This document shows positions 57,801-64,000 of a stretch of DNA of 64,000 bases, one piece after another; within the stretch, counting starts at the first letter, position 1; each line of letters starts with the position of its first letter. Origin of the DNA: an uncultured virus (IMG/VR IMGVR_UViG_3300009128_000001) (lineage: Duplodnaviria > Heunggongvirae > Uroviricota > Caudoviricetes); the IMG/VR virus record IMGVR_UViG_3300009128_000001; one strand, 5' to 3'. Under the pieces are notes generated by a model, which saw only the letters and a program-made list of their open reading frames with translations, ran no database searches and was not told where the DNA came from. Made by a program: the position numbers and the translations under genes.

Positions 57801-60800
57801 TCCGATTCCAACCTGATCAAAAGTAACATCTAGTGCTGTAACGCCATCTTCTTGTATCTGAACGTGCTGACCAGAACCAACATCAATTATCACGTCCGCT
57901 AAATACCCGTCATTATCGCCTATTAACAAATTGTTGGAAATATCAGTCCCAATTACAGTGATATTTCCATCATCTGTGGCATTTCTTGCAATAATAGATG
58001 CGTCATTTTCAAGTCGAATAGCACCCGCCCCAGGTAATATTGTTCCTATCTCGACCCAGCCTTCCAGTCTAGAATCACCAGCAACACGGAACGTTTCAGA
58101 GCCCGCCATAGAAGTATCGCCAACAACAACGTTCCAAGCTGCATTGTCAGGATAAACAACGCCACCAGCTTCATTCCAAGGTCCAGCACCAGTGCCTGTA
58201 GCTATTTGGACATACGAGCCCCCGCCTTCAGAAACCTCAAAACGACCAGTAGCATCATTATAACGTAATCTACCATCGCCAAGACCACTTAATCCGGCAT
58301 TTTGGCCATTACCCAGCTCTAAGAAGGCATCAGCTGTAGCGCTTTCTATAATAACAGCAACAGGATCAATATAACCATCTACAGTAAGTTTCCCGGCAAT
58401 ATCTACATCGCCACCAAACGTAGCTTGTGAAGTTCCAAAGTCCCAAGTAGGATTACCAGTAGCCGTAACAGTTCCTACACCACCAGCAAAATCAATCAGA
58501 TCATCCCAAAGTCTAACCATATTTAACAAAGATGCGTTTCTAATAAATACGCTTCCTTCGGTATCTCCGTCTCCTGGAGCAAGAATCACACTGCCGCCAA
58601 AAGATCCCATTGCAGTTGCTGGTGCCTGGCCGCCCGTAATCCATAAACTACCCGCAGCATAACCATCATCAGTGGTGCTTTGAGCCAATATAGACATATT
58701 TTCAGCATTACCAGCTGCAGTCGTTGTTTGAGAGATTGTGGGAGTAACAGTATTTACGCCAAATGTAAAATCGTCTTCTAATAATAAATCTCCACCAGTT
58801 ACTCTCAGCGCCTCAAGCCCTACGACAGAAGAAGCCCCAACAACCACTTGATCAGTAGTGGTAGATGGATATACAAACCCGGCGACATCCCTAGTCCAAA
58901 CAACAGGTCCGCCAGTTGCAAGATCTATATATGGTGCAGTATTAAATGACGCCTGGAATGTACCTGTAGCCTGATTGTAAATTAAACGAGCAGTATTAAT
59001 ATTGGATGTTGCGGCATTTTGTCCGTCTGCGATTTGTATGTGCTGCCCTTGGTGGAACAAAACATCTGCCAACCACAAGCCACCACCATCACCACCGCCA
59101 GCGCCCTGTCCGGTGACCATGACTATATTTCCACCATCAGCCGAACCACCACCAATGCCTGAGGCGCCATCTCCGGTAGTCATCCAAACACCACCACCAT
59201 CATCTTGATCGGCGCCTATGGCCTCCGCCGATGAGCCAGCTAAAAAGACTATAGCGCCAGGATTGGCATCATTAGGACCGGTGGTAGCGGCAGGATCACC
59301 AGCGATAATACTTACAGAACCGCCCGTGCCGTCGGTCATAGCATCCCCGCCCGAAAGATTGGCATCAAATCCAGATCCAGGAGTAATTCGTGTAGATCTT
59401 AACTCCAAATCGTGGTTTTCGGCAACTAATGTGGCGGTATATTCATCACTACTAGCAGGCCCTGGGGTTCTAGCTAAAAATGCATAACAATCATTTGGAT
59501 CGCCAGCACCAATAGATGGGGGTGCCGCCGTGAATGCCGAAACATAAGAACTAGCATTATCAGTTGCCAGCGTTTCAGCATAAGAAACTACACCAGCAAT
59601 ATGCTCGTTGGCAGTTAATGGGTTGGATCTTGACATTTCTACTTCGACAACGTTTACTTCATCGTCATCGAGAGTTGCTCTAAGCAGTGTACCACCACCG
59701 GCTACAGCAATTGTACCAGCATCAACATAGAACCGCTCCGGACCTGCCATAGCCGTATTACCAACCACCAAATCATGATCTATACTGGTATGTGTGGCAT
59801 TTACCGTAAGATAATCAGTAGCAGCAATACGTGCTACAAATACCGAATTAGCAACGGCCCTTATTGTTCCTGGCCTATTAGAGGCATTAGTATCACCAAT
59901 AAGTAGGACATCTGAACTGTCCAGACCAATAAGAGAGACATCGCCAATACCAACTACTTGGGGAGCACGAATAAATTCACTATTAGGTATGCGTATAACC
60001 CCGCTATCTGCAGGATTTGCACCAATAGCTATATCATCACCAATAACCTCCGGATACAAGAAACCGGAAGGATCTCTAGCCCAGTAACCGTCGGAATCTG
60101 TGCCGGTCAATAGTGGTGTATACGGGCCGCCATCAACAGATACCATAAGTCTAGTAGTTAAATCATCATATATAATTCGGGCAGTATCTGTCGGAGATAG
60201 GGCAGCATTTTGTCCCTCTCCTAATTCCAAAAAGGCGTCATCAGTTGCGCTTTCGATAATAACACCAATAGGATCCAGATACCCATCAACAGTTAATTTG
60301 CCGTCTATTTGTACGTCACCACCGAAAGTAGATAACGATGTTCCAAAATGAAAAGTAGGATTTCCAAGTGCAGTAACCGCCTGAGTTCCAGCGCCAAAAT
60401 CAACCACGCCGGTATCAGAATAAAATCTTACCATCTCTGCTAAAGAGGCAGTTCTTATTATAACGCGCCCTTCAGTATCTCCATCTCCAGGTTGCAAGAA
60501 TATAGAGCCACCTGCAGATGATCCTAATAATCCCGCACTTCCAGCCTGCAATAAAACATTTCCACCAGTAACAGTATTATCTGTAGTACTTTGGGCAAAA
60601 ATAGACAATGTTGTTGTAGCACCAGTTGTATCTTCGTGAGAAATAAGTGGTGATACAGTTGCAGCAGTAAATGTTAGGTTGCCACTAAGAACCTCGCTTC
60701 CATCAACATATAAAGATTCAGTGGCATATGGCGCCGTTGCTCCAGCACCAATGCCCACAAAACCACTGTTGGATACTGCGTCTAATGTTATTGTCTGCGC

Positions 60801-63800
60801 GCCAAAACTATCATACAGCAACAAGGAAGACGAACTTTGATCATATGACATTCTTCCATAACCGTCTATACCGGCGGTAAGATCTCCATAGGCAGAAGCA
60901 TCATTGGAAGAGCCGATACTCACCCAGCCATCGACCCCAGCTCTAAATACCAAATCGCCCAGCTGACTAACCATCCGCACAAATTCACCAGTAGCGAGTG
61001 TGGCCCCTGTAACTGTAAATACACCGTCAGAAGCCTGCCCAGAGCCTAACCTTACATCAAGCCCTCCTCCAGCACATAATGGGCCGGTTCCATCGCCACA
61101 CCATATAAGGGCTCCGCCACCATCACCAGCAAAACCACCGATTTGATTGCCATGACCACATAACAGCTGGATATCGCCACCACTATAACCACCAGGAGCT
61201 ACATCAGTCTGTCCGTTAGCAGCTATTAGCACCAAATCAGGACCAGGACCTTCAGGGACATTACTTGTCGAATGGATCTCAAATTGAGGCGACGCGCCAA
61301 GAGGATCCATCCCTCCTAACAACCTCGTAGCATAACCATCAAAATCAACCCTGACATTTCTGTTAGAGACCGTTTCCGAAACATCAAAAACACCAAACTC
61401 TCCGCCGGTTGGTCCATCGCCCTCTCCAACCTGTATAGCTACACTACCACCACGGACAATCTCGCCATCAGTACTGCTTCCGCTGCCACACTGTATAATA
61501 ACACCAGATCCATTGGCATGGGAAAGATTAGAGTCTGCATTACCAGTAGCTATAAACAACGATCCAGCAACGCGGCCTGTGCCAGGAGGAGCCAAACTAG
61601 CATCTCCGCTACCAGTTATTATATTGACCGATCCGCCATAACCATCATCAGCACCATCACCTGCACGCAAAGCAAGAACAGGGCCATCCCCAGATGAGAA
61701 AAATCTCTCTGTGCTCATTATCATCGGCTGATTTAGACATGTGACAATTGATGCATACTGCGTGTTCGGAGCAGAATCATCCCCTAAAACAAGAATAGCA
61801 GCATTTGGAGATGATGTGTCGGCAAAAGACGGGGTGTCAAATAAAATACCAAGAGTAGGAACAGACGGGCCATCACCGAGCGCATTTTCACATGATACCT
61901 TTACTGCAGATATGATTGCACCCGGAGGCGACGGATCTATTCTGTTCAAATCGAAATGTGCAAGTGAGGCATTTCCGCTATCACCAAGTCCAGTGAAATA
62001 TAAACCGTCTCCACCTGACGGAATCAATCCAGAATCAACTACTGTGCGACCATCTACAAAAAACTTCTCATCAGTGCCAAACATAGAAGACGATCCGACA
62101 GCAACATTCCACGCCTCCTGTTGTGGATAAACAGTATAACCATCTAAAAACCAAAGATCACCATACCCATCGTCTGTTTGTAAGCCAGTCCATCCAGCAG
62201 AAATAGGTGTAGAAACTTCCCACCTTTCAAGAACATCATTATAACGCAATCTACCAATGTTTTCAAACGGCAATACAGATGCTGCCGAACTACCATCATG
62301 AGCCTCATAATAAGCTCCGGTACCAGCGAATTTGTCCTCTACTATAACGGTAATTGGATCAATCACTCCCGTCACTGTTAGTTTTCCGCCAATATTTACA
62401 TCGCCGTCTACATTAAGCTGTTCTCCCCCAACTGGACCCATAACTGCAGTAGCGCCAATACCGATATAGCCACCATTTGTAAAGGCATCCAATAGAATGG
62501 TTGCCTGATCTGTGCCGTCTATTAGAGTTAATGATTCTTGTGGTTGAGAATATGTCATCCTGGCATAACCATCTATACCAACCCACAGATCTCCCTGTAA
62601 ATAAGTGTCGCCAACAACATGCAACTTCATCCCAGCGGTAGGCGTGGGAGTGCCTATTCCAACAGCATCTGTAACAGTGGTCAATCTTACAACTACGCCA
62701 TCATCTGTCCAACCGCCAGCTGTTGCGGCGGAAAGTGGAATATATGGCGCTCCAGCATATGACACAGCTAAAGAATTCATTCCGGCATGATAAATCAACC
62801 GTGCCTCAGGAGCTATCAAAGACGGAAACGCAAACTGACCATCGCCAAATTCTATATACCCTCCCGAAAATATCGTATCTTCTATACGCAAGCCGGACAT
62901 TGGGCTGTCTATTCTTACTGTTTCAGGATTAATCGGATTTATAGGTCCAGGTGCGACAACTGTTCCAAAACCAATAGCAACGTAAGGAAGTGTAGACACA
63001 GTGTTAAGTGCTTGTATCTGTATTATACCTTGATTTAGGTTGTCATAAAATGTCAAATCTTCGCTGGACTGATCATAAAATATCCTAGCGGCACCAGTCA
63101 AACCTGCCGATAAATCACCAACAGCAACAGCATCTGTAGATGTTCCGACACTTAACCATCCATCTACAACAGAATCGCCAGCCACACGGAATTTCTCTCC
63201 AGCCCCAGACATTGCGGTATCGCCAACAACAACGTCATAGTCTGTGTCTAAAGGAAATACAACATCGTTAAACAAAAGCCATAGATCATACCCGTCATAT
63301 CCATCTCCTGGGGGCTGCCACGAAGCTATACCAGCGGCATCAGACGTCAACACAAATCCTGGAGAAGCCCCGTCTATCATCTGAAAGTGGCCATTGCCAG
63401 TTACAGCGGCGAGTAATGTTCCGACGGGATCTTCCCATCTAGTTAAATCGGCAGTAGCGGGTACGGCAGATATAATCCTCATTGGGGTCTGATCGGCAAC
63501 AATGCTCCAAAATATAGCTGAGCCATGATTAGCTCCAGAGGGGCTAATTCCAGGAAACACTATAAAATTACCGCCACCACCAATTGTAGAGCCATATCCC
63601 AAAGTGAAAATGGCATCACCGCCAGCATACCCGTCATAACCATCGCCAGGCGCAGTATTAACGAGAAAATCTAGCCCAGGGCCTTGATCCCACCTATTAG
63701 TAGTAATCACACAATCATTACCGACAGTAGCTAAAGCATGGTCCCACGTGTTGCCGCCAGCCTGATCTCCAAACACAGTATAAGCAGCAGTATTTTGAAC

Positions 63801-64000
63801 TGTATGCGGTGATGTACGCCTAGGCTCTAGCGCTATATATCCAGCCAAAATTCCTTCTGCAGGATCTGCTGGATGCTCCTCAATTTGCGCAAGATAACAA
63901 CCAATACCACCAAAACCAACCATCGGCCCAGATCTAGATATATTAGAAGCAACAGCCGATTGATTTTGAATCCCGGCCCCAAAGTCCACATCAAATGTTA
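54891..64000 (-). CDS. giant acidic Gly-rich modular fibre-like protein (>3032 aa, 5' end outside window)
   Basis: Frame stays open to the window edge; start region aligns with residues ~52 onward of the 2487-aa paralogue (FDVDFGAG vs FDITFGPG); 22 DGY. Confidence 0.7.
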   Translation of the reverse strand, partial: TFDVDFGAGIQNQSAVASNISRSGPMVGFGGIGCYLAQIEEHPADPAEGILAGYIALEPRRTSPHTVQNTAAYTVFGDQAGGNTWDHALATVGNDCVITTNRWDQGPGLDFLVNTAPGDGYDGYAGGDAIFTLGYGSTIGGGGNFIVFPGISPSGANHGSAIFWSIVADQTPMRIISAVPATADLTRWEDPVGTLLAAVTGNGHFQMIDGASPGFVLTSDAAGIASWQPPGDGYDGYDLWLLFNDVVFPLDTDYDVVVGDTAMSGAGEKFRVAGDSVVDGWLSVGTSTDAVAVGDLSAGLTGAARIFYDQSSEDLTFYDNLNQGIIQIQALNTVSTLPYVAIGFGTVVAPGPINPINPETVRIDSPMSGLRIEDTIFSGGYIEFGDGQFAFPSLIAPEARLIYHAGMNSLAVSYAGAPYIPLSAATAGGWTDDGVVVRLTTVTDAVGIGTPTPTAGMKLHVVGDTYLQGDLWVGIDGYARMTYSQPQESLTLIDGTDQATILLDAFTNGGYIGIGATAVMGPVGGEQLNVDGDVNIGGKLTVTGVIDPITVIVEDKFAGTGAYYEAHDGSSAASVLPFENIGRLRYNDVLERWEVSTPISAGWTGLQTDDGYGDLWFLDGYTVYPQQEAWNVAVGSSSMFGTDEKFFVDGRTVVDSGLIPSGGDGLYFTGLGDSGNASLAHFDLNRIDPSPPGAIISAVKVSCENALGDGPSVPTLGILFDTPSFADTSSPNAAILVLGDDSAPNTQYASIVTCLNQPMIMSTERFFSSGDGPVLALRAGDGADDGYGGSVNIITGSGDASLAPPGTGRVAGSLFIATGNADSNLSHANGSGVIIQCGSGSSTDGEIVRGGSVAIQVGEGDGPTGGEFGVFDVSETVSNRNVRVDFDGYATRLLGGMDPLGASPQFEIHSTSNVPEGPGPDLVLIAANGQTDVAPGGYSGGDIQLLCGHGNQIGGFAGDGGGALIWCGDGTGPLCAGGGLDVRLGSGQASDGVFTVTGATLATGEFVRMVSQLGDLVFRAGVDGWVSIGSSNDASAYGDLTAGIDGYGRMSYDQSSSSLLLYDSFGAQTITLDAVSNSGFVGIGAGATAPYATESLYVDGSEVLSGNLTFTAATVSPLISHEDTTGATTTLSIFAQSTTDNTVTGGNVLLQAGSAGLLGSSAGGSIFLQPGDGDTEGRVIIRTASLAEMVRFYSDTGVVDFGAGTQAVTALGNPTFHFGTSLSTFGGDVQIDGKLTVDGYLDPIGVIIESATDDAFLELGEGQNAALSPTDTARIIYDDLTTRLMVSVDGGPYTPLLTGTDSDGYWARDPSGFLYPEVIGDDIAIGANPADSGVIRIPNSEFIRAPQVVGIGDVSLIGLDSSDVLLIGDTNASNRPGTIRAVANSVFVARIAATDYLTVNATHTSIDHDLVVGNTAMAGPERFYVDAGTIAVAGGGTLLRATLDDDEVNVVEVEMSRSNPLTANEHIAGVVSYAETLATDNASSYVSAFTAAPPSIGAGDPNDCYAFLARTPGPASSDEYTATLVAENHDLELRSTRITPGSGFDANLSGGDAMTDGTGGSVSIIAGDPAATTGPNDANPGAIVFLAGSSAEAIGADQDDGGGVWMTTGDGASGIGGGSADGGNIVMVTGQGAGGGDGGGLWLADVLFHQGQHIQIADGQNAATSNINTARLIYNQATGTFQASFNTAPYIDLATGGPVVWTRDVAGFVYPSTTTDQVVVGASSVVGLEALRVTGGDLLLEDDFTFGVNTVTPTISQTTTAAGNAENMSILAQSTTDDGYAAGSLWITGGQAPATAMGSFGGSVILAPGDGDTEGSVFIRNASLLNMVRLWDDLIDFAGGVGTVTATGNPTWDFGTSQATFGGDVDIAGKLTVDGYIDPVAVIIESATADAFLELGNGQNAGLSGLGDGRLRYNDATGRFEVSEGGGSYVQIATGTGAGPWNEAGGVVYPDNAAWNVVVGDTSMAGSETFRVAGDSRLEGWVEIGTILPGAGAIRLENDASIIARNATDDGNITVIGTDISNNLLIGDNDGYLADVIIDVGSGQHVQIQEDGVTALDVTFDQVGIGTVAPVAGSKVEIEYTQVTGGRSLYIDQTVDAIGTNYGVDVAYTRNAAATAGQMIAAYNTALVNHAGDSGVWMTAFHADVPTKTAGNGMFGLVFSGDEAAGNNYDTAVMTLNQSCNISTARSTPGSSYPIRLNTGYPNGEGGSGFLEMESLDATATSPGSAYSAGIIYLIVGDSAAGANAAAAGSDIRMYTGAAASGPGGGSVNGGDVQMVTGPGDGYSGHGGGVVLSGTGHDEFYLQINDSQNAAVSPGNSGRLIYDTSVQQFMISQDGAPYVPIATDDGYDSEWDRNGTIIYPRQPFADTVVVGGMTPTANEVLHVEGQQFNNAGNILSGEFGLRVDGSLGASQSGIIYADMERYDALGSGSIIGGILANSRTMASDSTQSIVASFAALGSNGTNEDPYTCALLSMRGQHAYDGTVVTLDQDMVLNVMLTGALGDTDGYGIVLQAANAFNNGAGGDITIASGSAMASSAGSYTGGDILLRAGDAAASLGGEVDGADVTIRTGRADSNGGLAAHGGNFAIELGDGSGAGYGGGVILYGGDGYDAFMQFEGGENALTSPAGSGRLRYNGVLNRWEESSDGNPYQPLVGGGGAGDGYWSRDPSGVLYPEIVSDSVVIGDSALSGTENFKAYGRSLIESDDANNTPLTVMAAPGQIENIVEIQDGSSDVMVSINAAGNLIFDDGIVARIAHADTTGVADSFFIEAQSSSTGDGADMEILAGAATNPASGDGGNLILYSGETAGPGADNGSIDFYSGYVEHMASLKIDGYATLFEFNPDVTPVILQENATTGDGRDLTIMAQPGSDSGADTNGGNLVLVVGDGYGANGRAGLVEINGNIEHDSADVISGVAFGMSNETTDATPTRLFLDGVSQELQLEDDSSYVFDILVTVINSDNGNVASWHFYYSTKHYGGTVSEVNAPDKTVISDESTGAWDCDLDVDTGGNDELDIICTGALGNNLKWGATVKFTKVEL

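Noticed and set aside
1..64000. Stop-codon reassignment
   Set aside because: Recognisable enzymes are full length in code 11, and TAA, TAG and TGA all end genes at plausible positions
35168..64000. Many 60-140 aa + strand and alternate-frame ORFs inside the giant genes
   Set aside because: Shadow ORFs of Gly/Asp-rich coding sequence with no RBS or protein-like features

Overview
A 64 kb segment of a large (probably jumbo) tailed-phage genome in standard genetic code, AT-rich and densely coding. No capsid, terminase or polymerase gene falls in the window, so the phage assignment rests on gene content. Layout: (1) 1-1.8 kb: a GC-richer leftward cassette with twin sigma70-like promoters, a 25-bp direct repeat and a D-armless tRNA-like element, then a TGATCCA-rich non-coding region at a strand-skew switch (origin candidate). 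(2) 1.8-24.6 kb: mostly rightward accessory and metabolic genes, including a full WGR-regulatory-catalytic PARP, an SCO6735-like macrodomain, nicotinamidase, NAD synthetase, IMPDH/GMPR, a DHFR-like protein, a PNK-like kinase, a truncated TROVE-like protein, HNH endonucleases and an unusual M23 peptidase-CCA-adding enzyme-HD fusion. (3) 24.6-35 kb: a peptidoglycan-hydrolase cluster and further accessory genes. (4) 35-64 kb: three giant (2.4 to >3 kaa) acidic Gly-rich modular fibre-like proteins studded with about 50 DGY tripeptides, plus four paralogues sharing a Cys/His N-terminal module with variable C-termini. Best candidates for new biology: a shared K-x-A leader that may route enzymes (including the CCA enzyme, as a polyprotein) into the virion; a phage ADP-ribosylation writer/eraser with a deamidating NAD salvage arm; and a DGY motif on virion fibres that may be a modification sequon. 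All family assignments are by motif recognition from memory, not database search.
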